Source: an uncultured bacterium (GTDB taxonomy: Bacteria > Zixibacteria > MSB-5A5 > GN15 > FEB-12). Taken from it: a DNA stretch of 40,619 nt. The DNA is taken from positions 1 through 40,619 of the forward strand of contig CBFCYQ010000001.1 in the NCBI GenBank assembly GCA_965602205.1, given 5' to 3'. Position numbers and translations under genes: made by a program. Positions 1 to 9,724 of the stretch are shown one piece after another (position 1 is the first letter of the stretch; every line of letters starts with the position of its first letter). A model generated the notes under the pieces. The model made no database searches. It worked only from the letters and a program-made list of their open reading frames with translations, and was not told the origin of the DNA.

Positions 1-40
1 TATCGCTGATGTTTTGGATAAATAAGGATCTGGACGAGTA

Positions 41-349
41 ATGGACGTTCAAAAGATAAGAATACGGTTGAAGGCATACGATCACTACTCTCTTGACAAA
101 TCGACCAAGGAGATAGCCCGTACGGTCATCCGCACCGGCGCGAAGATAGTCGGTCCGGTACCGCTTCCGACGAAGCGGACGGTATACACGGTGCTTCGCT
201 CTCCCCACGTTGACAAAAAGTCGCGGGAGCAGTTCGAAACGCGAATACACAAGCGTGTAATCGATATCTATGATTCGACACCGCAGACGGTAGATGCTCT
301 GATGAAGCTGGATTTGCCGGCCGGCGTGGACGTGGAGATTAAGACCTGA
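41..349 (+). CDS. rpsJ: 30S ribosomal protein S10
   Basis: The 102-aa translation ([11 protein letters not shown]...[15 protein letters not shown]) is unmistakably S10. It is the first gene in the conserved order S10-L3-L4-L23-L2-S19-L22-S3-L16-L29-S17. Confidence 0.97.
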   Translation: MDVQKIRIRLKAYDHYSLDKSTKEIARTVIRTGAKIVGPVPLPTKRTVYTVLRSPHVDKKSREQFETRIHKRVIDIYDSTPQTVDALMKLDLPAGVDVEIKT

Positions 350-362
350 TAGGGTTTTTGTT

Positions 363-989
363 ATGAAAGAGATTTTAGGCAAGAAGCTCGGTATGACCCG
401 TATTTTCAGAGAGTCGGGCGAGGCCGTTCCCGTAACCGTGATCGAGGCCGGCCCATGCCCGGTAGTCTTGAAGAAGTCGGCCGAAAAGCACGGCTACAGC
501 GCATACCAGGTTGGCTTCGGGGATCGCCGCAAGAGCCGTATCAACAAGCCCATGTCGGGTCATTTCGATAAGGCAGGTGTAAAACCGTCGCACTGGCTCA
601 GGGAAGTCCGTTTTGACGAGAGTGAGTTGGAGGTCGGAGCCGAGATAAAGGTCAGTGTTTTCAAAGAGGGTGAGCGCGTTGACGTCAGCGGCGTCTCGCG
701 CGGCCTGGGCTTCGCCGGCACCATGAAGCGCCATAATTTTTCGGGAGCGAATAAGACGCATGGTCAGTCGGACCGGTGGCGGGCTCCCGGCTCCATCGGC
801 CAGTCCTCATATCCCTCGCGGGTCTTTAAGGGTGTGCGGATGGCCGGGCGCATGGGCAATGACAAGGTGACGGTTCTGAATCTGGAGATTGTCAAAATCA
901 TCGAAGACCAGAACTTGATGCTCGTGAGGGGCGCAGTTCCCGGCAACCGCGGTGGTCTGCTCAAAATTCGGCTGGCCAATCGCCGCTAA
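363..989 (+). CDS. rplC: 50S ribosomal protein L3
   Basis: 208 aa. MKEILGKKLGMTRIF...VTVIEAGPC and KTHGQSDRWRAPGSIG are typical L3 motifs, and the operon position fits. Confidence 0.97.
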   Translation: MKEILGKKLGMTRIFRESGEAVPVTVIEAGPCPVVLKKSAEKHGYSAYQVGFGDRRKSRINKPMSGHFDKAGVKPSHWLREVRFDESELEVGAEIKVSVFKEGERVDVSGVSRGLGFAGTMKRHNFSGANKTHGQSDRWRAPGSIGQSSYPSRVFKGVRMAGRMGNDKVTVLNLEIVKIIEDQNLMLVRGAVPGNRGGLLKIRLANRR

Positions 990-995
990 GTTTGG

Positions 996-1628
996 ATGAA
1001 AGCTATGGATGTTAAGGTTTATAATCAGGATGGTCAGGAAGTAGGCTCGGTGCAACTGAAGTCGGAGATTTTCGGTGTTGAGCCTAACGAAGCCGTGGTT
1101 CACCAGTATGTTGTGAATTACCTGGCGCGTCAGCGGCAGGGCAACGCCAGCACGAAAGTGCGCCGTGAAGTTCGCGGCGGTGGCCGGAAGCCGTGGCGGC
1201 AGAAGGGTACGGGACGCGCCCGCGCCGGAACCATTCGCTCTCCGCTGTGGCGCGGCGGTGGTACGGTTTTCGGGCCCAAGCCCCGGGAATATGGATGCAA
1301 GATGCCGAAGAAGATGAAGCGACTGGCGCTGAGGTCCATCTTCTCCGATAAAGCCCGCTCGGAGCGGATCAAGATTCTGGACAAACTGCAGTTCGAGGAG
1401 ATCAAGACCAAAGCGGTCGTAAACGTCCTGGCTAAGCTGGACCTCGATGGCCGGAAGTGCCTCCTCCTCGACGAGGGCAAGAATGAGAACCTGTTCATCT
1501 CCTGCCGCAACCTGGCCCGGGTCAAGTACTGCCGCGCGTCGCTGGCCAACGGCTATGACATGCTGGATGCCGACTTTCTGGTGATCACCAGGGCCGGCCT
1601 GGAGAAAGTCGAAGAGGTGTTCGCATGA
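996..1628 (+). CDS. rplD: 50S ribosomal protein L4
   Basis: 210 aa with the L4 core RGGGRKPWRQKGTGRARAGTIRSPLWRGGG. It overlaps rplW by 4 nt (ATGA). The start could instead be the internal Met at 1005. Confidence 0.95.
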   Translation: MKAMDVKVYNQDGQEVGSVQLKSEIFGVEPNEAVVHQYVVNYLARQRQGNASTKVRREVRGGGRKPWRQKGTGRARAGTIRSPLWRGGGTVFGPKPREYGCKMPKKMKRLALRSIFSDKARSERIKILDKLQFEEIKTKAVVNVLAKLDLDGRKCLLLDEGKNENLFISCRNLARVKYCRASLANGYDMLDADFLVITRAGLEKVEEVFA

Positions 1629-1918
1629 AAGCTGATGCTCGTTCAGTAATCAAGTTGCATATCAGTACCGAACGCTCGACCAAGTTGCGCGAGCAAAACA
1701 ACGAGTACGTCTTCGAAGTGGTCAAGACGGCCAACAAGTACGTGATAAAAAAGGCCATTGAGGACGCCTTTAGTGTCAAGGTCGCCTCTGTCAGGACTAT
1801 GATCATGCCGGGCAAGACGAAGCGACTGAACCGGACCGAGGGAAAAACGGCGACGCGGAAAAAAGCCATTGTCCGGCTCAAAAAGGGTGAAGTGATATCT
1901 GTATTTGAGAACGTGTAG
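1625..1918 (+). CDS. rplW: 50S ribosomal protein L23
   Basis: 97 aa, an L23-like sequence (EKSTKL...YVFEV...ANK..IKKAIE..F.VKV..V), located between L4 and L2. Confidence 0.95.
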   Translation: MKADARSVIKLHISTERSTKLREQNNEYVFEVVKTANKYVIKKAIEDAFSVKVASVRTMIMPGKTKRLNRTEGKTATRKKAIVRLKKGEVISVFENV

Positions 1919-1938
1919 AGTAGGGTTAGTGTTAAGAT

Positions 1939-2769
1939 ATGGCTGTTAAGAAGTTCCGACCGGTTACGCCGTCACTGCGATTCAGGACGGTGCCGACATT
2001 CGAAGAGATAACATCGACCGTACCGGAGAAGTCTCTGCTGGAGCCCAATCGCCGGACGGGCGGCCGAAACAACAAGGGCCGCATCACGGCCTTTTGTCGC
2101 GGTGGCGGTCACAAGCGCTTCTATCGGAAGATTGATTTCAAGCGCAGCAAGCATAATATTCCCGCCCGGGTGGCGTCAATTGAGTACGATCCCAACCGTT
2201 CCGCCCGTATCGCCCTGCTTCATTACCGCGACGGCGAGAAGCGTTATATTCTGGCGCCGGTGGATGTGCGGGTGGATGACATGTTGATGTCGGGCGAGGA
2301 AGTCGAGTTCCGTGCCGGCAACGCCATGCCCCTGGGCCGCATGCTTCTGGGAACGTCGGTGCACAATATCGAGATGCGCCCGGGCAAGGGCGGTCAGTTG
2401 GTGCGCTCAGCCGGTTCCTACGCGCAGCTGGTGGCTAAGGAGGGCGGTAAGGTAGCCCTCAAGATGCCATCGGGCGAAGTGCGTTCGATTCCGGCCAAGT
2501 GTTATGCCACGATCGGCCAGCTATCAAACGTCGATCATAAGAATGTCATCTGGGGTAAGGCCGGGGCGTCGCGATGGCGGGGACTGCGACCGTCGGTGCG
2601 CGGTGTGGCCATGAACCCGGTCGACCATCCCATGGGGGGCGGCGAAGGCAGAAGTTCCGGCGGCCGTCATCCTTGTACTCCCTGGGGCAAAAAGACCAAG
2701 GGGCTCAAAACAAGAAGTAAGCGTAAACCGACGGATCATATTATTGAACCTCGCAAAGCCAAAAAGTAG
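1939..2769 (+). CDS. rplB: 50S ribosomal protein L2
   Basis: 276 aa with the L2 hallmarks [43 protein letters not shown] and [13 protein letters not shown]. Confidence 0.98.
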   Translation: MAVKKFRPVTPSLRFRTVPTFEEITSTVPEKSLLEPNRRTGGRNNKGRITAFCRGGGHKRFYRKIDFKRSKHNIPARVASIEYDPNRSARIALLHYRDGEKRYILAPVDVRVDDMLMSGEEVEFRAGNAMPLGRMLLGTSVHNIEMRPGKGGQLVRSAGSYAQLVAKEGGKVALKMPSGEVRSIPAKCYATIGQLSNVDHKNVIWGKAGASRWRGLRPSVRGVAMNPVDHPMGGGEGRSSGGRHPCTPWGKKTKGLKTRSKRKPTDHIIEPRKAKK

Positions 2770-2781
2770 AGACGGAGAGAA

Positions 2782-3072
2782 ATGCCTCGTTCATTAAAAA
2801 AAGGACCGTTTGTAGACGACGCGCTGTTGGCCAAGATCCAGGTTGCCAACGAAAGTGGCGAAAGAAAAGTGATCAAGACCTGGTCTCGTCGATCAATGGT
2901 CTTGCCCGAATTCGTGGGACACACCCTCGCCGTACATACCGGGAATAAGTTTGTCCCCATCTATATTACCGAAAATATGGTAGGCCATAAGCTGGGCGAA
3001 TTTGCCCCGACACGCACCTTCCGCGGCCATGGCGGCAAGCTGGCCGAGAGAACGTCCAGGCTGAAGAGTTAA
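2782..3072 (+). CDS. rpsS: 30S ribosomal protein S19
   Basis: 96 aa. [12 protein letters not shown]...TWSRRS...PEFVGHT.AVH.G and GHKLGEF.PTRTF.GH match S19. Confidence 0.98.
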   Translation: MPRSLKKGPFVDDALLAKIQVANESGERKVIKTWSRRSMVLPEFVGHTLAVHTGNKFVPIYITENMVGHKLGEFAPTRTFRGHGGKLAERTSRLKS

Positions 3073-3084
3073 GGGATTTAGAGT

Positions 3085-3663
3085 ATGTTGGTGAAAGCGA
3101 CAGCGAGATTAAAATACGTAAGTATTCCGCCCCGGAAGATGCGGCTGGTAGCCAATCTGGTGAAAGGCATGCCGGTGGAGAAGGCGTTGAACGTTCTCAA
3201 CTTCACTCCGCGAGTGGCAGCCCATCACATCGCCAAGACCCTTAAGTCGGCGGCCGCCAACGCTCTTTCACTTGAGGGCACCGACCATCTTAAGCCGGAG
3301 GACCTGGTAGTCAGCAATATTATTGTGGATGCCGCCCCGACCGCCAAGAGAATCCGTTTTCAATCGATGGGCCGGGTCTTCCGTTACAAGAAGCGTTTCT
3401 GCCATTTAACGGTGATGCTCGAAGGTGAAATGGAGGCTCCGGAGCCCAAAAAGGCAGCTACCCGCGGTAAGAAGAAAGCGGCCGCAGAGGAGACCGAAGA
3501 TATCAAGAAGGAGGCGGTCAAGAAGCCGTCCGCCAAGAAACCCGCGGCCCGGAAAAAGACGCCCAAAAAACCGGCCGTCAAGAAGACCGAAAAACAGGCG
3601 CCCCGCCGGAAGACGGACACCAAGGCCAAAGGCTCGGTCAAGCAGAGCCGGAAGAAAGTGTAA
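3085..3663 (+). CDS. rplV: 50S ribosomal protein L22 with a long Lys/Ala/Pro-rich C-terminal tail
   Basis: The first ~114 aa are a normal L22 (ARLKYVSIPPRKMRLVANLVKG...RIRFQSMGRVFRYKKRFCHLTVMLE). The remaining ~78 aa are KKPAAKK-type low-complexity sequence. Confidence 0.95.
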   Translation: MLVKATARLKYVSIPPRKMRLVANLVKGMPVEKALNVLNFTPRVAAHHIAKTLKSAAANALSLEGTDHLKPEDLVVSNIIVDAAPTAKRIRFQSMGRVFRYKKRFCHLTVMLEGEMEAPEPKKAATRGKKKAAAEETEDIKKEAVKKPSAKKPAARKKTPKKPAVKKTEKQAPRRKTDTKAKGSVKQSRKKV

Positions 3664-3699
3664 CGACGAAAGCAGACAGGTGAGCATAAGGAGAGAGAT

Positions 3700-4668
3700 T
3701 TGGGACAGAAGACACATCCCATTGGTCTGAGACTCGGTGTTATCAAGACGTGGAACAGCCGCTGGTTCGCGGCCGACCGCAATTTTGCCGATTTGATTCA
3801 TGAAGATATGCTGGTAAAAAGGTATATCTCACGCCGTCTGGATAACGCCGGGGTCGCCAACGTTAACATTTCTCGTGCACCGAAGAAAGTGACTATCGAT
3901 ATTCACACTTCCCGGCCCGGTATCGTCATCGGTCGTAAGGGGGCCGAGGTCGACAAGCTTCGCGAAGAACTGCAGCTTCTGACCAACAAAGATATCATGC
4001 TTAACATTGTCGAAGTCAGGAAGCCTGAACTCAATGCGCAGTTGGTGGCGGACTCGGTGGCTCGTCAACTGGAGGGCCGGGTGTCTTTCCGTCGGGCGAT
4101 GAAGAAATCCCTGGCGGCTACGATGCGGATGGGCGCGGTAGGCATCAAGATTCAATGCGGTGGTCGCCTCGGTGGAGCTGAGATTGCCCGGTCGGAGAAA
4201 TACCGCGAGGGTCGCGTGCCGTTGCACACCCTGCGGGCTGATATAGATTATGCTACCTCCACGGCCCGGACCACCTATGGATGTATCGGCGTCAAGGTTT
4301 GGATATGCCGCGGGGAGATTCTGGACCAGAAGCAGGCCTTCAAGGGAGAAGACGAAAAGAGGGAGACGGTGGAAGAAGCTCCCGCCACGGCTCGGTCCAG
4401 ACGGCCGCACCGGGGTGAGAAAGGTCGGAAGCGGCCTCGCGGTCGGGTCCGGCGCCCGGAAGCCACGCGCCCATCGCAGCCGCCGAAGGGTCGGCGCCCG
4501 GAAGCCACGCGCCCCGCGCAGCCGCCGAAGGGTCGGCAGCCCGAGGCCCCGGCCCCGGCTCAAGATAAGCCCAGGGCTGACACCAGGCCAAAGGCAGGCA
4601 AGGCTGACAAAGCCGACAAACCCTCGACGGGGCCGGCTCGCAAGCGCAGTGAGGACGATTCCAAGTGA
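3700..4668 (+). CDS. rpsC: 30S ribosomal protein S3 with a ~110-aa Pro/Arg/Lys-rich C-terminal extension
   Basis: TTG start preceded by [21 protein letters not shown]...KH domain...[31 protein letters not shown] is S3. The tail after ~aa 208 is low complexity and carries a 14-aa tandem repeat. Confidence 0.95.
   Translation: MGQKTHPIGLRLGVIKTWNSRWFAADRNFADLIHEDMLVKRYISRRLDNAGVANVNISRAPKKVTIDIHTSRPGIVIGRKGAEVDKLREELQLLTNKDIMLNIVEVRKPELNAQLVADSVARQLEGRVSFRRAMKKSLAATMRMGAVGIKIQCGGRLGGAEIARSEKYREGRVPLHTLRADIDYATSTARTTYGCIGVKVWICRGEILDQKQAFKGEDEKRETVEEAPATARSRRPHRGEKGRKRPRGRVRRPEATRPSQPPKGRRPEATRPAQPPKGRQPEAPAPAQDKPRADTRPKAGKADKADKPSTGPARKRSEDDSK
4450..4533 (+). repeat. 42-bp direct tandem repeat (2 copies, 40/42 identical, plus a degenerate third unit) inside the rpsC tail
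   Basis: Copy 1 is 4450-4491 (cggcgcccggaagccacgcgcccatcgcagccgccgaagggt). Copy 2 is 4492-4533 and differs at 2 positions. They encode RRPEATRP(S/A)QPPKG twice, followed by [10 protein letters not shown]. Confidence 0.9.
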
Positions 4669-4684
4669 TGTGGAGAAATAGCAA

Positions 4685-5110
4685 ATGTTGATGCCAAAGA
4701 AGACCAAATTTCGCAAGCAGCAACGAGGACGCCTGCGGGGCAAAGCCAAAGGCGGCTCTGCGGTCAGCTTCGGCGAGTTTGGTTTGAAAGCCCTGGAGCC
4801 TTGCTGGCTGACCAATCGTCAGATAGAAGCGGCCCGTGTGGCTATGACCCGGTATATCAAGCGTGGTGGCAAAGTCTGGATTCGGGTATTTCCGGACAAG
4901 CCGGTCACCAAGAAACCGGCCGAAACGCGCATGGGCAAAGGCAAAGGCGCGCCGGAATACTGGGTGGCCGTGGTTAAACCCGGGCGCGTGCTGTTTGAGA
5001 TTGAGGGCGTCGCGGAGGCCCAGGCGCGGGAAGCGCTGAGGCTGGCTTCCAACAAGCTGCCCATGAAGACCAGGTTCGTAACCCGAGAGGACACCGAAGG
5101 AGTTGGATGA
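4685..5110 (+). CDS. rplP: 50S ribosomal protein L16
   Basis: 141 aa. [17 protein letters not shown] and [24 protein letters not shown] are typical L16. It overlaps rpmC by 4 nt. Confidence 0.98.
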   Translation: MLMPKKTKFRKQQRGRLRGKAKGGSAVSFGEFGLKALEPCWLTNRQIEAARVAMTRYIKRGGKVWIRVFPDKPVTKKPAETRMGKGKGAPEYWVAVVKPGRVLFEIEGVAEAQAREALRLASNKLPMKTRFVTREDTEGVG

Positions 5111-5394
5111 TGCTGAAGCTGCACACGCTGCGCGAACAGACTCGGGATGAGCTGTTGCAGAGAAGGGTGGATCTTCTGGACGAGCGTTTTAATCTCAATA
5201 TGCGCAGGTCCCTGAAGGCGCTGGACAATCCCCTTCGTTTGAGGCAAATCCGTCGCGAGATGGCCAAAATCGAAACTGTTTTGAGAGAGGACGAGTTGGG
5301 CGTCAGGAAGCTGGCGGAGAGCACCACGTCGGTGCTGCCACCCACGGAGTCCAAGAGCAGGTCCAAAAAGGCAAAAAAGGAAAAAGCAGAATAG
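5107..5394 (+). CDS. rpmC: 50S ribosomal protein L29 (with a ~30-aa basic C-terminal tail)
   Basis: 95 aa. The [27 protein letters not shown]...[17 protein letters not shown] core is L29. A tail ending [13 protein letters not shown] extends it. Confidence 0.93.
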   Translation: MMLKLHTLREQTRDELLQRRVDLLDERFNLNMRRSLKALDNPLRLRQIRREMAKIETVLREDELGVRKLAESTTSVLPPTESKSRSKKAKKEKAE

Positions 5395-5404
5395 AAGGCG
5401 TTAG

Positions 5405-5671
5405 ATGACTGAGGCTGAGAAGAGAAATCGCAGAAAGGTCCGTCAGGGGATGGTTGTTTCCGTCAAGATGGACAAGAGCATCGTGGTGCGGATCGACCGA
5501 ACCATGCGCCACCGGCTTTATAAAAAGATTGTCCGTACGTCTTCGAAGATATACGCACATGACGAGAAGAATGACGCCAATCTCGGCGACGTCGTGCGCG
5601 TAATGGAGACCAGGCCTCTTTCCAAGACCAAGCACTGGCGGCTGGTGGAAGTGGTTACCCGGGCGAAGTAG
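5405..5671 (+). CDS. rpsQ: 30S ribosomal protein S17
   Basis: 88 aa. [12 protein letters not shown]...HRLYKK....[13 protein letters not shown]...E.RPLSK.K.W.L is S17-like, and the operon position fits. Confidence 0.97.
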   Translation: MTEAEKRNRRKVRQGMVVSVKMDKSIVVRIDRTMRHRLYKKIVRTSSKIYAHDEKNDANLGDVVRVMETRPLSKTKHWRLVEVVTRAK

Positions 5672-5712
5672 CACAAATGAATTTGACAGTGATTATTGCA
5701 GGTGAGAGATAG

Positions 5713-6078
5713 ATGATTCAGGAATACACAATACTTTCAGTGGCGGATAACTCGGGAGCCAAGAAGGCCATGTGCTTCCGTATCCTCGGCGGGCGCAAGA
5801 AGTATGCCAGTATCGGCGACATAATTGTCGTGGCCGTGAAGGAAGCAATCCCGGGTGGAACCGTGAAGAAATCGGAAGTCTGTAAGGCGGTGGTCGTTCG
5901 CACCACTTCCGAATTGCGGCGCAAGGATGGTTCCTTGATTCGATTCTCGGACAACGCTGCGGTAATCATTAATGAGCAGAAGGAGCCGCGCGGCACGCGT
6001 ATTTTTGGTCCGGTGGCTCGCGAATTGAGGGAAAAGCATTTTATGAAAATAATCTCGCTTGCCCCGGAAGTTCTTTAG
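5713..6078 (+). CDS. rplN: 50S ribosomal protein L14
   Basis: 121 aa. [23 protein letters not shown] and [12 protein letters not shown]....[15 protein letters not shown] match L14. Confidence 0.98.
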   Translation: MIQEYTILSVADNSGAKKAMCFRILGGRKKYASIGDIIVVAVKEAIPGGTVKKSEVCKAVVVRTTSELRRKDGSLIRFSDNAAVIINEQKEPRGTRIFGPVARELREKHFMKIISLAPEVL

Positions 6079-6093
6079 AAGGTTTGGCTGGCT

Positions 6094-6411
6094 ATGCGCA
6101 TAAAGAAAAATGACACGGTTTATGTCCGGTCGGGTGTTGACAGAGGCAAGACCGGTAAGGTCCTCAGTGTCAACATGAAAAAGCAGACGGCACTGGTCGA
6201 GGGTTGCAACATGAGGAAGAAGAATCAGCGGCCTACGCAGAAGCAGCCCAAGGGTGGTATCATCACCATCGAGATGCCAATCCACTTGAGTAATCTGGCT
6301 CCGTACAGCGCCAGTCTGGGCGGTCCGACGAAAGTCACGACGCGAGTGATTGAGGATGCGGGTAAAAAGCACAAGGTGAGAGTCTGTCGAAAAACCGGGG
6401 AGCAAATCTAG
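6094..6411 (+). CDS. rplX: 50S ribosomal protein L24
   Basis: 105 aa. MRIKKNDTVYV.SG.D.GKTGKVL.V (KOW motif) and GGII..EMPIH.SN match L24. Confidence 0.96.
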   Translation: MRIKKNDTVYVRSGVDRGKTGKVLSVNMKKQTALVEGCNMRKKNQRPTQKQPKGGIITIEMPIHLSNLAPYSASLGGPTKVTTRVIEDAGKKHKVRVCRKTGEQI

Positions 6412-6423
6412 AGGTTTGAAAAT

Positions 6424-6963
6424 ATGGCCAGGTTGAAGGAAAAATTCATCAAGGATATCGTGCCCAAGCTGATGAAGGATAACAAGTACGCATCCGTTAT
6501 GGAAGTGCCCCGGATAGACAAGATTACAGTGAACATCGGCGTCGGCGAGGCGACCCAGAACCCCAAGGCTCTGGAAGCAGTCGTAGACGACCTGACCCGG
6601 ATTACCGGGAGAAAACCACGGATCACCAAAGCCCGGAAGAGCATCTCCAATTTCAAGCTCCGTGAGGGTGTGGCCATCGGCTGTATGGTTACTCTCCGTC
6701 GCGAAGTGATGTATGAGTTCTATGACCGCCTGGTGAACGTGGCCATGCCGCGTATCCGTGATTTCCGTGGGGTCAATCCCAAGTCGTTTGACGGTCGGGG
6801 CAATTACAACCTCGGACTGTTGGAGCAGATCATCTTTCCGGAAATAGACTACGATAAGATTGATAAGATTCGCGGAATGAATGTCACCATCACGACCACG
6901 GCCAGGACCGACGAAGAGGCTCGGCAACTCCTGGTCGAGATGGGCATGCCGTTCCGAAAGTAG
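6424..6963 (+). CDS. rplE: 50S ribosomal protein L5
   Basis: 179 aa. MARLKEKF...[19 protein letters not shown] and [25 protein letters not shown] matching L5. Confidence 0.98.
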   Translation: MARLKEKFIKDIVPKLMKDNKYASVMEVPRIDKITVNIGVGEATQNPKALEAVVDDLTRITGRKPRITKARKSISNFKLREGVAIGCMVTLRREVMYEFYDRLVNVAMPRIRDFRGVNPKSFDGRGNYNLGLLEQIIFPEIDYDKIDKIRGMNVTITTTARTDEEARQLLVEMGMPFRK

Positions 6964-6970
6964 GAGACAG

Positions 6971-7156
6971 ATGGCTAAGAAGTGTCTGATAGAGAAACAA
7001 AGGCGAAAGGCACGTTTTAAAGTGCGCTCTTACAATCGCTGTCGTCGTTGTGGACGGCCGCGGGCATATATGCGTCGTTTCGGTCTTTGCCGAATTTGTT
7101 TCAGAGAAATGGCCCTGGCCGGCGACGTGCCCGGTGTCGTCAAGGCCAGTTGGTAA
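6971..7156 (+). CDS. rpsN: 30S ribosomal protein S14, short zinc-binding type Z
   Basis: 61 aa starting at the ATG at 6971, after [54 protein letters not shown] carries CxxC...CxxC. The longer track ORF (6881) is only an in-frame extension overlapping rplE. Confidence 0.95.
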   Translation: MAKKCLIEKQRRKARFKVRSYNRCRRCGRPRAYMRRFGLCRICFREMALAGDVPGVVKASW

Positions 7157-7190
7157 CTAATTGGGTTTTTAGTTGTTGGAGTAAATGTAT

Positions 7191-7592
7191 ATGAACACGA
7201 CCGACCCGGTTGCTGATTTATTGACCAGGATTCGGAACGCCTCCAAAGCGAGGAGGAACGCGGTCGATATTCCGGCTTCGAATTTGAAGCGGGAAATCAT
7301 CCGCATCCTGCAAGAGAGAAAATATCTCAAAGATATGGTGGAACTGCCGGACAGCAAGCAGGGTATTCTCCGCGTGTACCTGCAGTACGCCAAGGGTGAT
7401 ATCCCGGTCATTAAAGGGATCGAGCGGGTTTCCCGGCCGGGGTTACGCAAGTACTCTGATGCCTCCGAGTTGCGGTTGTCAACGCGTAACTCACGCGGGA
7501 TCATGGTCGTTTCGACTTCCAAGGGCATCTTGACCAACCAGGAGGCCGCCAAGATGGGTATCGGCGGCGAGGTCATGCTAAGGTGCTGGTAG
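7191..7592 (+). CDS. rpsH: 30S ribosomal protein S8
   Basis: MNTTDPVADLLTRIRNA... is the canonical S8 N-terminus. The ATG at 7191 has GGAG 9 nt upstream; the track start at 7185 lies only 3 nt from that GGAG. Confidence 0.96.
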   Translation: MNTTDPVADLLTRIRNASKARRNAVDIPASNLKREIIRILQERKYLKDMVELPDSKQGILRVYLQYAKGDIPVIKGIERVSRPGLRKYSDASELRLSTRNSRGIMVVSTSKGILTNQEAAKMGIGGEVMLRCW

Positions 7593-7607
7593 GGAAAGGA
7601 TAGGAGT

Positions 7608-8150
7608 ATGTCACGCGTAGGTAAAAAGCCGATACCGATTCCGAAGGAAGCCAAGATACAAATTGACGGGTCCAGCATAACCGTGACCGGTCCCAAAGGG
7701 ACATTGTCAAGGGTAATCGTCGACGAGATCACGGCGGCTGTCGAGGATAACAACCTGGTGGTTACGCGACCGTCCGACCAGAAGCGGCACCGCGCCCTGC
7801 ACGGCTTGACCCGCGCCCTTCTGAATAATATGGTGATCGGCGTCACCGCCGGATACACGCGCGAGCTGCAAATCGTCGGTGTTGGCTATCGGGCGGAGAT
7901 GAAGGGCAAGTACCTGGTGCTGAACCTGGGTTATTCGCATCCCATCGTTTTTGGCGCTCCGGAAGGTGTGCATGTATCCGTCGTGCCCAAGGAGAACAGG
8001 ATAGTGATTGAAGGTATAGATAAGGAGTTGGTGGGCGAAACTGCCGCCAAAATTCGTTCTTTCCGCAAACCGGAGCCATACAAGGGCAAGGGTGTGCGGT
8101 ACAAGGATGAACAGGTCCGAACGAAAGCGGGTAAGACCGCCGGAGCATAA
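7608..8150 (+). CDS. rplF: 50S ribosomal protein L6
   Basis: 180 aa. MSRVGKKPIPIPKE....I.G..ITV.GPKG.L and GVGYRA...G..L.L.LGYSHP match L6. Confidence 0.98.
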   Translation: MSRVGKKPIPIPKEAKIQIDGSSITVTGPKGTLSRVIVDEITAAVEDNNLVVTRPSDQKRHRALHGLTRALLNNMVIGVTAGYTRELQIVGVGYRAEMKGKYLVLNLGYSHPIVFGAPEGVHVSVVPKENRIVIEGIDKELVGETAAKIRSFRKPEPYKGKGVRYKDEQVRTKAGKTAGA

Positions 8151-8165
8151 TAGTTGGTGTAAGAA

Positions 8166-8540
8166 ATGGCTGATAAGAACGTTGTTAAGTTTAACCGCTC
8201 CTTGAAGCGGCGTCGCCGCGTCCGCGGCAAGGTCTTTGGAACCACCGAACGTCCGCGTATGACGGTCTCGAAATCGCTCAAGAACATCTATGTTCAGATT
8301 ATCGATGACGAGAAAGAGATAACTCTGGCGGCGGCCTCATCCGTGTCCAAAGACGTAGCGTCGAAAATCAAGAAGGATTTGAACAAGACGCAGGTGGCGG
8401 CCAAGGTCGGCGAGATTATCGCGCAAAGCGCCCGCGAAAAGGGCGTCGAAACGGTGGTCTTTGACCGCAATCAGAATCGGTATCACGGCCGCGTCAAGGC
8501 GGTGGCCGAGGCGGCTCGAGAGGCCGGACTGAAGTTTTAG
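8166..8540 (+). CDS. rplR: 50S ribosomal protein L18
   Basis: 124 aa. [25 protein letters not shown] and FDR....[17 protein letters not shown] match L18. Confidence 0.97.
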   Translation: MADKNVVKFNRSLKRRRRVRGKVFGTTERPRMTVSKSLKNIYVQIIDDEKEITLAAASSVSKDVASKIKKDLNKTQVAAKVGEIIAQSAREKGVETVVFDRNQNRYHGRVKAVAEAAREAGLKF

Positions 8541-8573
8541 AAGAGATGACTGTATTGATATATAAAGAGGTGG

Positions 8574-9068
8574 ATGTTGGCTAGATACGATATGGACGGC
8601 CTCGAATTTGAGGAGAAGGTTATCAATGTGAATCGTGTCGCCAAAGTGGTGAAGGGCGGCCGACGGTTCAGCTTCACGGCCCTGGTAGTGGTCGGAGACA
8701 AGAAGGGCAAGGTCGGTGTCGGCCACGGCAAGGCGCCGGAAGTATCCGAGGCCATCCGTAAAGCCACCGAGGCTGCCAAGAAGGGTATGGTGAATGTAAA
8801 TCTCGTGAGAGGCACCATTCCTCATCGCATCAACGGTAAGTTCGGTGCCACGACGGTGGTCATGAGACCGGCCTCGCCCGGTACCGGAGTTATTGCCGGC
8901 AGCGCCGTGCGCGTGATACTGGAAACAGTGGGAATACAGGATATACTGGCCAAGTCTTTGGGAAGTCGCAATCCTTTTAACCTGGTTAAGGCCACGATGA
9001 ACGGACTGGCCGACCTGAGTACGCGGGAGCAGGAGGATGCCTTCCGCGAGGAGGCCGCCAACAGTTGA
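8574..9068 (+). CDS. rpsE: 30S ribosomal protein S5
   Basis: 164 aa. [40 protein letters not shown] is the S5 core. Confidence 0.98.
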   Translation: MLARYDMDGLEFEEKVINVNRVAKVVKGGRRFSFTALVVVGDKKGKVGVGHGKAPEVSEAIRKATEAAKKGMVNVNLVRGTIPHRINGKFGATTVVMRPASPGTGVIAGSAVRVILETVGIQDILAKSLGSRNPFNLVKATMNGLADLSTREQEDAFREEAANS

Positions 9069-9084
9069 AGCGGGATCGAAATAA

Positions 9085-9267
9085 ATGGCGAAAGTAAAGA
9101 TTACACAAATCAGGAGCACCATTGACCGGAAAGAGCCCCAGAAAAGAACCATAAAGGCGCTGGGGCTGGGCAAACTGCATCGATCCGTCGTACACAACGA
9201 TACCCCGCAGATAAGGGGAATGATCAATGCCGTTTCGCACCTGGTCACGGTGGAAGAGATAGATTAG
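9085..9267 (+). CDS. rpmD: 50S ribosomal protein L30
   Basis: 60 aa. [11 protein letters not shown]...Q..T..ALGL.K......H.DTP..RGMI..V.HLV.V is L30-like, located between S5 and L15. Confidence 0.95.
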   Translation: MAKVKITQIRSTIDRKEPQKRTIKALGLGKLHRSVVHNDTPQIRGMINAVSHLVTVEEID

Positions 9268-9286
9268 AGGCTACGGAGAAGCTGTC

Positions 9287-9724
9287 ATGGAACTTCATAC
9301 ATTAAAACCTCCGGAAGGGTCGAAAAAGAATCGCAAGCGGGTCGGCCGGGGGCCCGGCAGCGGCAGAGGCAAAACGTCGGGTCGTGGCCACAAGGGCGCC
9401 GGCCAGCACGCCAGCCGACGGAAAAAACGCGGCCACGAGGGCGGCCAGATGCCGCTGCATCGCCGTCTGCCCAAACGCGGTTTTACGAATATATTCAAAA
9501 AGGAATTCCAGGTGGTGAATCTGGCCCACCTGAGTCGCTGCAGCTCCGCCGAAATCACCGGCGAATCGCTGAAAGCGGCCGGGCTGATCCACAGTCTTAG
9601 AATTCCTGTCAAGGTTCTTGGTAACGGCGAGTTGGACAAGGCATATACGGTCAAGGCTGCGGCCTTCTCGAAAACGGCGGTCGCCAAGATTGAGGCGGCC
9701 GGCGGAAAAGCCGAGGTGATTTAG
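9287..9724 (+). CDS. rplO: 50S ribosomal protein L15
   Basis: 145 aa. L..L.P..GS.K.RKRVGRG.GSG.GKTSGRGHKG...R......EGGQMPL.RRLPKRGF is L15. Its stop overlaps the secY GTG by 1 nt. Confidence 0.97.
   Translation: MELHTLKPPEGSKKNRKRVGRGPGSGRGKTSGRGHKGAGQHASRRKKRGHEGGQMPLHRRLPKRGFTNIFKKEFQVVNLAHLSRCSSAEITGESLKAAGLIHSLRIPVKVLGNGELDKAYTVKAAAFSKTAVAKIEAAGGKAEVI

Noticed and set aside
3829-4815. 328-aa - strand ORF, plus + strand alternative-frame ORFs (3425-3730, 4250-4681) rich in R/P/G.
   Set aside because: They overlap rplV, rpsC and rplP. Their low-complexity Arg/Pro runs are the off-frame or antisense reading of the Lys/Pro/Ala tails and the 42-bp repeat. They are not independent genes.
5737-6927. 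396-aa ORF on the - strand, the longest antisense ORF in the ribosomal operon.
   Set aside because: It lies entirely antisense to rplN-rplX-rplE, whose translations are unmistakable. It has no recognisable motifs and an Arg/Leu/His-rich composition typical of shadow ORFs in GC-rich coding DNA.
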